Virus record (IMG/VR): IMGVR_UViG_3300037560_000207
Span: 1 to 64,000 of that record
Length of the DNA: 64,000 bases
Direction: 5' to 3' (one strand)
DNA from: a virus
In this document: piece by piece, positions 1-8,252 of the stretch
Layout of the letters: each line of letters begins with the position of its first letter
Numbering within the stretch: position 1 is the first letter of the stretch
Notes under the pieces: generated by a model
Database searches by the model: none
What the model was told of the DNA's origin: nothing
The model's input: only the letters and a program-made list of their open reading frames with translations
Translations under genes and position numbers: made by a program

Positions 1-345
1 TTCAATTCCACGTTTTCGCGCTTCAGTCACCGTATGTTTGGTACCTTTAGAATTATCAATATCATCGTGGAACGCAATAACCAAATGAGGCTTCGTATTA
101 AGCATCTTAATGTTTCTTATTGGTCCTGCTGCATTACCATATTTCTTCCATGCTGCCGGAAATTCAACCACTTCGAAACCAATTTCTAATGCAACCGCAC
201 GAGCTAAAAGATCAACTCCAGTGGGTCCAAAACCATGACCACAACCACCTTCAATTATAATAGTATCAGGTGGAAGTTTTAACAGTCGTTCTCGAATGAT
301 TTTTCTATCAACCCAATCACGACTACCACATACCAAAACTTTCAT
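1..345 (-). CDS. SLOG-family protein (DUF2493/YspA-like), truncated by window edge
   Basis: Manual translation MKVLVCGSRDW...IIEGG...AWKKYGNAAGPIRNIKML...VIAFHDD...SKGTKHTV; GGAGA RBS; not in ORF track. Confidence 0.8.
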   Translation of the reverse strand, partial: MKVLVCGSRDWVDRKIIRERLLKLPPDTIIIEGGCGHGFGPTGVDLLARAVALEIGFEVVEFPAAWKKYGNAAGPIRNIKMLNTKPHLVIAFHDDIDNSKGTKHTVTEARKRGIE

Positions 346-359
346 TATATTCTCCAATG

Positions 360-384
360 AAAAAACCCGCGAATTTCCGCGGGG
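360..384 (-). terminator. Rho-independent terminator
   Basis: Minus strand CCCGCG-GAAATT-CGCGGG followed by U6. Confidence 0.65.
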
Positions 385-413
385 AGTAAGAGTCTGAAAT
401 AAACAATAGACCC

Positions 414-671
414 TTAGTCCACACCACCATTCGGTGCAAGTAAATTGGCCAAAATATATTGATCTGGGCGTAAGAACACCCTTGTATCTGGTTTTGGCCA
501 ATCGGGGCCTGATTCTGGACCAACCCAAACAATTTCTGGATCATGAGGTCCAAATGCACGACCACAAATTGGTTCTTCCGTAACAATCCATTCTTTCCCA
601 AAATATTGACTAAGTTCTGGATCAGTAATGATAATTTTTGTTTCAGGTTCGGCTAATTTAACATCTTCCAT
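414..671 (-). CDS. hypothetical protein
   Basis: 85-aa ORF directly downstream of conserved promoter/leader motif. Confidence 0.65.
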   Translation of the reverse strand: MEDVKLAEPETKIIITDPELSQYFGKEWIVTEEPICGRAFGPHDPEIVWVGPESGPDWPKPDTRVFLRPDQYILANLLAPNGGVD

Positions 672-725
672 TTTTTTCTTTCTTTATAGAGCAAAGCTCC
701 GAGAGCGACATTTTGTCGCTATCTT

Positions 726-755
726 ATTATACCCCAAACTTCTCCGTTTGTTGCA
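726..755 (-). promoter_or_regulatory. Phage promoter class A (AAC-N16-CGTATAAT type)
   Basis: TGCAAC-N16-GGTATAAT followed by the conserved AAGATAGCG hairpin leader. Confidence 0.6.
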
Positions 756-785
756 TAAAAAATAAAAAAACTAATAATGAACAAG

Positions 786-1028
786 CTATTCAGGATTAGG
801 AACTATAACTGGTTTTTTTGCTTTTTTAAAAAAACTATCCAAAATTTTATTAATTTCAACCTTTTGTGTAGCATTATATCCATCACACATAGCCTTCAAA
901 GTCACAGCTTGAATCATCGTTCTTAGACGATCTGGAGCACCACTGAATGTCTCATAATTATGTTCAACCCATCTTTGACTTCCTCTCCAATTGCCAACAG
1001 CTTCTCTTAGCATATCTATTTCGTTCAT
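786..1028 (-). CDS. hypothetical protein
   Basis: 80-aa ORF in co-oriented run. Confidence 0.65.
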   Translation of the reverse strand: MNEIDMLREAVGNWRGSQRWVEHNYETFSGAPDRLRTMIQAVTLKAMCDGYNATQKVEINKILDSFFKKAKKPVIVPNPE

Positions 1029-1045
1029 ATTTTTTCCCTCACTTA

Positions 1046-2074
1046 TTAAAATGGTACAATTAGTGTGGAACCCAACAAAAATTGAATTAAACGTCCCATA
1101 CCAAGTCCAAAACCGCTTCTTATAGAATACGTAAATTGCTGATCTGATCGTCCATTATTTGATATAGGATCAAAAAGTTGCAAATATGACTCAAATGGCT
1201 TTAAACTAGCAGCTTTAATTTCATCTGTTACAATTCCATCATTTATTTGTTCAGCACGAATTTTAATCATTTGTTGTAACATAGAACTTTCAGTTAATTT
1301 CAATCGTAATGTTCCAGCCCTTATTTCGCGTTGTGATCCACCGAAAGTCTCTCCAGCCCATGGTAATAAAAAATCAATACAATCAACGGTATATCGACGT
1401 TTATTATATTCATCAATAGATAAATTATCTTCAAGCGTTTTCCTATCAGTACGATACATATTAAAGAATTTGATAGATTCTGGATAATGAGTCACCTGCA
1501 CGGGACCATTAAAAAACAAACATATCATTTCTTCAATAGTAGATGTAAAATCATCACCCCAATTTATTGAAACACCTGCATTATTAAGTATCTCAAGAAC
1601 TTCAGTATAGGTAATGATTTTAGCTGGTTGTTCTAAATATCTACGAAGCCGATTCTTGTGATCATCCGCCACAAGATTTGATTCTAAAGCAACTTTCATA
1701 ACAGTGTTGAGAAGAATTTGTTGAAAATTAGTTAATTCATTAAGATCACAACCAAGTGATTCATATTCTAATAAAACAAACTCGGCTAAATGCCGTCCAT
1801 CACCGGCTCGTGGCTCATTACGATAACTTCGTCCAAGAGTCCAAACACCAGATAAATTGAACTTTAAGATTTCTGCTTCCATTGATAATTGATCAGTCTG
1901 AGAAAGATATGCAACTTCCGGTGTATTTTGAAGTATAAACGCAGTTGGTACATTCTCACATGCACCAGTACCACCAGTAATTTTATTATAATACGATTCT
2001 ACAATTCCATTTTGTTCCATCAGTAAACGAATTGCATTAATAACATCAGCTTTAAGTTTAATTAATTCCTTCAT
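1046..2074 (-). CDS. AsnRS/AspRS-like class IIb catalytic-domain-only protein (possible archaeal-type asparagine synthetase)
   Basis: Motif 2 GRSYRNEP...RHLAEF, GETFGGSQRE, motif 3 GFGLGMGRL; 342 aa, no N-terminal OB anticodon domain. Confidence 0.8.
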   Translation of the reverse strand: MKELIKLKADVINAIRLLMEQNGIVESYYNKITGGTGACENVPTAFILQNTPEVAYLSQTDQLSMEAEILKFNLSGVWTLGRSYRNEPRAGDGRHLAEFVLLEYESLGCDLNELTNFQQILLNTVMKVALESNLVADDHKNRLRRYLEQPAKIITYTEVLEILNNAGVSINWGDDFTSTIEEMICLFFNGPVQVTHYPESIKFFNMYRTDRKTLEDNLSIDEYNKRRYTVDCIDFLLPWAGETFGGSQREIRAGTLRLKLTESSMLQQMIKIRAEQINDGIVTDEIKAASLKPFESYLQLFDPISNNGRSDQQFTYSIRSGFGLGMGRLIQFLLGSTLIVPF

Positions 2075-2084
2075 ATATATTTCC

Positions 2085-2273
2085 TTAATTATCTTTCATA
2101 TGTTTCCACATTTCAATTTGGGAAAGTCTATTTTCAGCCTCTTTTTTGGTTTTGTAACACCCAAGATTTTTTCCAGTTTTACTGTAAATACAAAATTTAT
2201 TCCCCTTTTTACGAATAACGGCAATAGCTTTATCTGTTGCTTCCAAAATCTTTTCTTTCCAATCCGTCATCAT
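2085..2273 (-). CDS. hypothetical basic protein
   Basis: 62-aa ORF in co-oriented run. Confidence 0.6.
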   Translation of the reverse strand: MMTDWKEKILEATDKAIAVIRKKGNKFCIYSKTGKNLGCYKTKKEAENRLSQIEMWKHMKDN

Positions 2274-2382
2274 TTCACCCCTAACCGATATACGGTCCCT
2301 TAAAAACCCGCTTGAAAAAATTGATTATACCTCCAAATGTATAACCCCATAATGCTTTAAATAATTCCATCTTTACCCCCAT

Positions 2383-2640
2383 TTAGAAAATGAATTCAAT
2401 TCGATCCTCTAATAATATTTCTTTAATTAAGAATGGTGCAACACCACAATGGTCATATCCTGCTTTCAAAGCATTTTCAAAATTATCATAAAAATTAAAT
2501 ATAGTAGCTTTTTCTAAATAACCTAAATGACGACGAACAACCAAAGCAAATTTACCTGCATGATGTTTGAACCATTCCTTACGATTTTGTTCAAAATATT
2601 TTAGTTCAATATCAAGTACATGATTTTTCATCTTAAACAC
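2383..2640 (-). CDS. hypothetical protein (DUF5678-like)
   Basis: YFEQNRKEW..HHAGKFALV pattern; family call tentative. Confidence 0.5.
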   Translation of the reverse strand: MFKMKNHVLDIELKYFEQNRKEWFKHHAGKFALVVRRHLGYLEKATIFNFYDNFENALKAGYDHCGVAPFLIKEILLEDRIEFIF

Positions 2641-2776
2641 TCCGTATTGATTTTGGAGGTCTCAAACTCCATGCCAGATACCAAAGGATAGCAGCGTCCA
2701 CGAGACGAATTATTAGAGCCCTTCTAGGGCTTCGGCACAGAGAAAGTATTTTCACATTCGACGCAACCTATAATAT

Positions 2777-3037
2777 TTATCTATCTCCCCATCCACTTCC
2801 TTGAGTTTGACCACGTTTCCGAACACTTGGAGGTTTCTTTAATGGCGGAAATTTCCGATAAATCTCCCCCGCTGGTATTCTGTGAAGTTCTTCGAGCCAG
2901 GCATCTTCAATTTTAGGAGTCCAAACATTGGGACTGCTTATAGAATCAAGTATTTTTTGATTAGGTGGTTCAACTTTAACCTGTTCACGCTTTTGAACTT
3001 TTTTTTGTTGTTTACGTTTTTTTTCACTCTGTCCCAT
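2777..3037 (-). CDS. hypothetical Lys-rich protein
   Basis: 86-aa ORF immediately after a GTGTATAAT motif. Confidence 0.55.
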   Translation of the reverse strand: MGQSEKKRKQQKKVQKREQVKVEPPNQKILDSISSPNVWTPKIEDAWLEELHRIPAGEIYRKFPPLKKPPSVRKRGQTQGSGWGDR

Positions 3038-3470
3038 AGATTATACACTTTAAAGATTTTTTTTCTAACCATATTTTAAATTTGTCTTTATTCCATTCAC
3101 GATAAATCGGAGTATAATTAATCTTCTCCAGAAGTCGGTACATGCTCATTTGATAAACATTTATTTCTTTTGTTATTATAATGCCAGTATAACTTAATAA
3201 AGCTCCAATCGTTTTACTTGCATATCCATTATATCTATATTTTTTTATTGTCCATGCTCCAAGAAAGGGTCTCCCATCTTCTTCCCAACCATTAATAAAT
3301 ATTATTGCCCAACATATAAGTTGTTGTCTTTTAAAATTTAGAGCAAGCATATGCTTAGAAAGATTATATCGTAAAAAATAACTCATTCCTCCATTTTCCC
3401 AACTCATTTTATTACGAATATAATTACGCCATTTAGTCGAAAGGGTTGTAATAGAGCAAAATTGAATCAT
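3024..3470 (-). CDS. hypothetical protein
   Basis: 148-aa ORF overlapping next gene. Confidence 0.55.
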   Translation of the reverse strand: MIQFCSITTLSTKWRNYIRNKMSWENGGMSYFLRYNLSKHMLALNFKRQQLICWAIIFINGWEEDGRPFLGAWTIKKYRYNGYASKTIGALLSYTGIIITKEINVYQMSMYRLLEKINYTPIYREWNKDKFKIWLEKKSLKCIIYGTE

Positions 3471-3548
3471 TTAGCTATCTATCATCATCTCTAAAATAAT
3501 GACACACTTCACACATAGTTATTTCTCTTGTTACAATACGTGTATCCA

Positions 3549-3662
3549 TTAGTAGTCATCCAACCATGCATCACCATTACGTATATCCGGTATAATTCGA
3601 ATTATTATAGTCAGAGCTAACAATATAAGCATTATTATTATTATAATCCATCCTGCCGACAT
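3549..3662 (-). CDS. small single-TM membrane peptide
   Basis: AGGAG RBS then ATG at 3662 (MSAGWIIIIIMLILLAL...); the track's upstream extension runs through a tRNA remnant. Confidence 0.5.
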   Translation of the reverse strand: MSAGWIIIIIMLILLALTIIIRIIPDIRNGDAWLDDY

Positions 3663-3685
3663 TACAATATCTCCTAAAGCCATGC

Positions 3686-3713
3686 GCCACTCTACCAACT
3701 GAGCTACGGTGGC
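3686..3713 (-). pseudogene. 5' tRNA remnant (acceptor 5' strand plus D-arm only)
   Basis: GCCACCG-TA-GCTC-AGTTGGTA-GAGT; no anticodon arm, T-arm or 3' acceptor strand follows. Confidence 0.5.
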
Positions 3714-3715
3714 AC

Positions 3716-4015
3716 TTAAAAACCACATCGAATCTTGTATTCTTCCCAAACAGCAGTTCTAATATTTTCGGGTAATAAATACAATGCATCGCGTAGGGCT
3801 CTTTTTCGACCCACGGCACGAGAAAAATTATCATTTGGATGACAAACTGCTATTCCTTGATAAGCATGATTTTTATTCAGTTTAACCATAGCTAAAGAAC
3901 ATCTACGGCTTTTATCAAAACATATACCTGTAAAATTATCGAGTTCAAATGGTTCAAGAACTTTATGATAAAACCAAACCTCAATTTTATCTCTACCACA
4001 TGTCACTTTCAGCAT
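3716..4015 (-). CDS. hypothetical protein
   Basis: 99-aa ORF with GGAG RBS; CHPNDNFSRAVGRKRAL is a recurring phage motif. Confidence 0.7.
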   Translation of the reverse strand: MLKVTCGRDKIEVWFYHKVLEPFELDNFTGICFDKSRRCSLAMVKLNKNHAYQGIAVCHPNDNFSRAVGRKRALRDALYLLPENIRTAVWEEYKIRCGF

Positions 4016-4031
4016 TTATTTTCTCCTTTAC

Positions 4032-4102
4032 TAGCGGGAGGGAGATTCGAACACCCAGTACGTGCTTATGAAGCACGTGTGTTGCCATTACACTATCCCG
4101 CA
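4032..4102 (-). tRNA. tRNA with CAT anticodon (Met-type), U1/U72 mismatch
   Basis: TGCGGGA/TCCCGCT acceptor, GTGT/ACAC D-stem, CGTGC-TTCATAA-GCACG anticodon arm, TTCGAAT T-loop; CCA not encoded. Confidence 0.8.
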
Positions 4103-4107
4103 TCATT

Positions 4108-4416
4108 TTATAGTTCTACATCTCCGTTCATTTCGGTCTTTTCCATTTCATATGGAATCATGGCTCTTCGCCAAAATTCATCCCGAGCTTCAGCAAGGGC
4201 GGATCGAACTACTGCCATCCTGGCATAACTACATTTACCACTTGATTCTTTGTTACATAACAATCTAGCCAGACGAAAAAGGACATAGTTCATTTCCCCA
4301 GATAATTCATCGTTATCGTTTAGACCGTTCAAAATACAAGCTAAACGATTTATCAGAGAATCATATTTTTCACGTTTATCTTTTGGGATATATGGCATTT
4401 TATCACTTACTACCAA
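4108..4416 (-). CDS. hypothetical phage protein (probable start MPYIPK...)
   Basis: MPYI...GEMNY...RRAMIPYEMEK..NGDV pattern seen in phage proteins. Confidence 0.65.
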   Translation of the reverse strand: MVVSDKMPYIPKDKREKYDSLINRLACILNGLNDNDELSGEMNYVLFRLARLLCNKESSGKCSYARMAVVRSALAEARDEFWRRAMIPYEMEKTEMNGDVEL

Positions 4417-4549
4417 GATATATTTCGTTTATCACCACATCTTTTACACACAAGCCATTGTAATGCACCATACTTATTTATAACACCATGATAGGAATGC
4501 CATAAACATTTACAAATTATGCGACTTATCCATGGTATTGATTTCAGCA

Positions 4550-5038
4550 TCACGTTGCATCTCCAACATTTCCTTTACGAGATTTTTTCAATGGATCAAA
4601 AGGTGGTGGAGATCGATGGTCTGGCCATGTCGGCTTTGGTGCTGGTTTCGTGGTGGACCCATCTGTATTGGGTGCAAATGGATATTGGTTATCTGTAGTT
4701 TCAAAAGGTTGTGGATTAGGATCATCTGTACTTCCAAATTGTCTTGGCTGCGGTAGAATCTTTGTTCTATATGGCCCCAGGTTTGGTTTTGCTATTTCAG
4801 GTGGTAATATCAATGGGTCCATTGGTGACGGTGGCGGTGGTGGTGGACCTATCGGTTTCATTGGATCAAGGTCTGGCGATTGTTTTAATACTATCATAGG
4901 TGGCAATTTGATCCTCTCTATTTCGTCTAGCAGAAACTTTATTACAGTACACAATTCTCCAATAAGAACTTTATGATGTTTAGTACCTGTGGATTTACTG
5001 ATATTAGTTATTAATTTCTTCGCTTGTTTTATATCCAT
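4550..5038 (-). CDS. proline-rich hypothetical protein
   Basis: 162 aa; helical N-terminus, low-complexity Pro-rich C-terminus. Confidence 0.6.
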   Translation of the reverse strand: MDIKQAKKLITNISKSTGTKHHKVLIGELCTVIKFLLDEIERIKLPPMIVLKQSPDLDPMKPIGPPPPPPSPMDPLILPPEIAKPNLGPYRTKILPQPRQFGSTDDPNPQPFETTDNQYPFAPNTDGSTTKPAPKPTWPDHRSPPPFDPLKKSRKGNVGDAT

Positions 5039-5059
5039 TTATTTCCTCCATTAATTAAA

Positions 5060-5577
5060 TTACAAACAAACATGTTTCCAAATTTTTCTAGTTGAAATAT
5101 ATGAAATTGTTGATGGATCAACATTGAATCGTTCTGCAATTTCTCGTTGTAACCATTTTTTACCAAAATTACCATTTCTACCAGATTTTAATAACAATAA
5201 AATAGACTTAACAATAGAATTTGTCAATTTTGATTTTGAATTATTGCTTCCTTTAGTATCTCTTCTAGTACCATGTTGAATTGAATCTTGTTGATTTTCT
5301 GATTTTGTTCCCCACTTTAAATTACTCAATTGGTTATTTTTACGATTTCCATCTTAAGTGAACATTTACCAACAAAAGTTTCTAAAATCAATTGATGGAC
5401 TTTCCATGTAACACATTTGCCATTTTTACATAATATTACTTGAAAATATCCATCTCTAATTCCAGGTTGTAAATTAATTTCAGTTTTACGCCCCTTACGT
5501 ATTAAACTTTTTATATTCCCAAAATTTGATGCTTGATAAAATCCTTTATAATTTGGAATATCTTGCCACCGTTCCAT
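5060..5577 (-). pseudogene. NUMOD4-HNH homing endonuclease, frameshifted
   Basis: NUMOD4 (ERWQDIPNYKGFYQASNFGNIKS) in one frame; DGNRKNNQLSNLKWGTKSEN continues in another; RH of the HNH motif missing at the junction. Confidence 0.8.
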
Positions 5578-5582
5578 ATTAT

Positions 5583-6134
5583 TTAATTATCCGATAAAAC
5601 AGATACATAAGGAAGATTTCTATATAAATCGTTATAATCAAGGCCCATTCCAACTACAAATTCATCAGGAATATCAAACCCAACAAAATCAACAGTTTCT
5701 ATATTTTTAGCTTTTCCTGGTTTACGTAATAGTACGGCAGTTTTCATGCTTAGTGGACATTCCCATAATATATGATCTTCTATAAATCCCAATGTCTTTC
5801 CAGTATCTAATATATCATCAATCAATAATACATGTGCGCTATCATGTAAATTTCTTTTAGGCCATAATGTTATCTTTGGTTCTTGAGCAGTTATCGATTT
5901 ACCTTGGTATGTTGAAACTCTTATAAAATCAAGTTCTGTGCGAATAGATAATTGACGCACTAAGTCAGCCATGAAAAATATAGCACCGGTTAATACACCA
6001 ATAACTATTACTGGTTCTTCTGAATGTCTATACCAATCTTGTCTAGAATAATAAAAATCAATATCAGAAGCCATTTCGGTTATTCTGGCTTGAATACGAT
6101 CTTTATCAATAAGCACTTTCCGTAACATCCCCAT
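5583..6134 (-). CDS. hpt: hypoxanthine phosphoribosyltransferase
   Basis: GVLTGAIFFMADL, VLLIDDILDTGKTL PRPP motif, GFDIPDEFVVGMGLDY...RNLP. Confidence 0.95.
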   Translation of the reverse strand: MGMLRKVLIDKDRIQARITEMASDIDFYYSRQDWYRHSEEPVIVIGVLTGAIFFMADLVRQLSIRTELDFIRVSTYQGKSITAQEPKITLWPKRNLHDSAHVLLIDDILDTGKTLGFIEDHILWECPLSMKTAVLLRKPGKAKNIETVDFVGFDIPDEFVVGMGLDYNDLYRNLPYVSVLSDN

Positions 6135-6145
6135 AGAGATAACCC

Positions 6146-6370
6146 TTATTTGATTATTTTCTTAATATAAAAATCTACAGACCACACACAACCATATGAT
6201 ATCAAAGCATCTCGAATTACAAAAGCATCTCCATCACAAGATTGTGGGAGATTATCCTCAGTGCCAATTAGTTTTCTCATAATCAAATAACCAAGTTCTT
6301 CTGGCCATTCTTCACGCAATGCCTTTTCTACTTTTATAAGATTAGTTGCTATAACTTGATAATTACCCAT
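6146..6370 (-). CDS. hypothetical protein
   Basis: 74-aa ORF between tmRNA and hpt. Confidence 0.6.
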   Translation of the reverse strand: MGNYQVIATNLIKVEKALREEWPEELGYLIMRKLIGTEDNLPQSCDGDAFVIRDALISYGCVWSVDFYIKKIIK

Positions 6371-6390
6371 TATAAAATAATTCCTTTTAA

Positions 6391-6736
6391 TGGAGACGCG
6401 GGGAATTGAACCCCGGTCCAGCGATAAAATTCAATAATACTTCTACGTGCATAGTTGATTATTTAAATCTCGGAGCCACAAACGCCAACCAACAGGCTTT
6501 TATTTTTCCACATCAGACTATTATTTCATATTGATCCGGTCGAATATCAAATCAACACTAGCCCACTGCCATCGTCAATCAGAATAGTAGGCGTCTTCCA
6601 ATTAACGGACTGCTTAAGCAGCCATTTTTAAACGAGCTTCGCCGTTTAAGATTATCGCCAGTTTTTTAACGAGGCCAACTGACAACCTCGGCACGCAACA
6701 TCACTTTCACTTACCCTGTCGATTCCTATCGTCCCC
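6391..6736 (-). ncRNA. ssrA: tmRNA, tag reading frame GEARLKMAA*
   Basis: GGGGACG/CGTCTCC-A acceptor with G3:U70, GGAATCGAC 5' motif, T-arm CGGGG-TTCAATT-CCCCG, internal frame TAAAC-GGC GAA GCT CGT TTA AAA ATG GCT GCT TAA. Confidence 0.92.
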
Positions 6737-6740
6737 TTTT

Positions 6741-7067
6741 TTACTTTAAATTATGACCAGCAGTACAAGAAGTAGAGCCAACAAATCTCTTTTCTGGTTG
6801 TTTACAATCAGAACAATCACATGGTAAACCAGCACCAATATTCGTCTGATGCAATCGCTTTTGTGCTAATTCAATTAGAAATTTAAGATCTTCAGAGGAA
6901 AAATGTCCAGAAGACGTATCCTCATCATCTAAAAAACCAAGACATGCTTCTAATGCTTCATGCCAAGAGATTCCGCAAACATCAACATTTATAAGTCTTC
7001 GACCATGAAGGATGGGTTTATTATATAAACTCAACCATCCGAAAGTCTTTCTTAATACACGAGCCAT
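6741..7067 (-). CDS. hypothetical protein
   Basis: 108-aa ORF. Confidence 0.6.
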   Translation of the reverse strand: MARVLRKTFGWLSLYNKPILHGRRLINVDVCGISWHEALEACLGFLDDEDTSSGHFSSEDLKFLIELAQKRLHQTNIGAGLPCDCSDCKQPEKRFVGSTSCTAGHNLK

Positions 7068-7072
7068 TTTAT

Positions 7073-7351
7073 TTATCCATCTGGTGAGCCAACACCAACA
7101 AGAACTGAATCTTCAATACACTGAAAAAGCTGTTCCGTAATCGTATTAGCTAAACATTGCCAAATTACAGCCTTTCTTTTATCATCTACATTTAATGTAT
7201 CGGTATCTATCTCCATCCTCCATTTAGGATTACTTCTCCTAATAACTCTAAGAGTACCGAGGGTGAAACAATCATACTTAATTCTATATTCTGACACAAA
7301 ATCACCATCACCATTAACTGGAATTAAACTTATTCTTTCAATTTCCTGCAT
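7073..7351 (-). CDS. hypothetical protein
   Basis: 92-aa ORF downstream of class A promoter. Confidence 0.65.
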   Translation of the reverse strand: MQEIERISLIPVNGDGDFVSEYRIKYDCFTLGTLRVIRRSNPKWRMEIDTDTLNVDDKRKAVIWQCLANTITEQLFQCIEDSVLVGVGSPDG

Positions 7352-7408
7352 TACAATACTCCTGTATCAATCTAAACATCTCCGAGAGCGGCACTTTGCC
7401 GCTATCCT

Positions 7409-7438
7409 ATTATACGTCCAACCAAAGTCCCTGTTCCA
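7409..7438 (-). promoter_or_regulatory. Phage promoter class A
   Basis: TGGAAC-N16-CGTATAAT followed by AGGATAGCGGC...GCCGCT hairpin. Confidence 0.7.
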
Positions 7439-7476
7439 TCAAAATAAAAAATAAATATAGTCCTAAAACTAAGATT

Positions 7477-8235
7477 TTATATTCCACCATTTAAATATTT
7501 GCTCATATTACAATTATGGCAAAGAATCTGAAATCCTTCTGGAAAATTATTGTCCATTAGCCATTTAAAAAATCCTGATCCATATTTACCAATCTTATGA
7601 CGATGAGTATTACCATCACCATCTATATGATCTATAGCCAAACAAACGGACTTGGATTCACCACATTCGACACATTTACCTCCATAATATTTAATAACAG
7701 TATTACGATTATTATCTCGCCTAACTTTATCTTTAGTTTGAGTGAGTGATCCTTGGTACCAATTATTTCGTTTATCTATACATATTTGACATCTTTTACC
7801 ATTTTCTACTGGTGGATTTTTACCACAATCATAACACATATTCAAAGCTATAAACAAATCATGTCTTTTCTTTTGATAAGTATTTTTATCATCTGAACAT
7901 TTACTGCACAAAGTTTTATTATTATCCACTGAATTAGAGCATATTACACATATATTTGCATCCTTACACTTATTATAATGCTTCATCTGAGATTTATTAG
8001 ATGCAACAATAGCCTTTGGTCTACATACATCACATAATCTTTGTCCATCAGATGGCTTGCCACAACATAAACAAAGACCATTAGCCTTCTTTTTCTTATT
8101 ATGCCTCTGAGTTTTTTCAACAGATTTCCCGAGACAATATTCACACATTTTACGTCCAGATTTATTGGGCCTGCCATCCCTTGGACATAGATTGTGTATT
8201 TTACGGTATTCTAATGTTTTCGGATCAGTAGCCAT
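7477..8235 (-). CDS. Cys-rich HNH endonuclease with tandem CxxC repeats
   Basis: Multiple G.C..CG..........C..C units; C-terminal CVECG...AIDHIDGDG...LCHNCN. Confidence 0.8.
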   Translation of the reverse strand: MATDPKTLEYRKIHNLCPRDGRPNKSGRKMCEYCLGKSVEKTQRHNKKKKANGLCLCCGKPSDGQRLCDVCRPKAIVASNKSQMKHYNKCKDANICVICSNSVDNNKTLCSKCSDDKNTYQKKRHDLFIALNMCYDCGKNPPVENGKRCQICIDKRNNWYQGSLTQTKDKVRRDNNRNTVIKYYGGKCVECGESKSVCLAIDHIDGDGNTHRHKIGKYGSGFFKWLMDNNFPEGFQILCHNCNMSKYLNGGI

Positions 8236-8252
8236 ATCTTTTCTCCTATATT

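Noticed and set aside
2641-2776. Possible small RNA or TAG-interrupted ORF in GC-richer gap
   Set aside because: Hairpins (AGCCCT/AGGGCT, GCGTC/GACGC) are short, and the open frame has no start codon; insufficient support.
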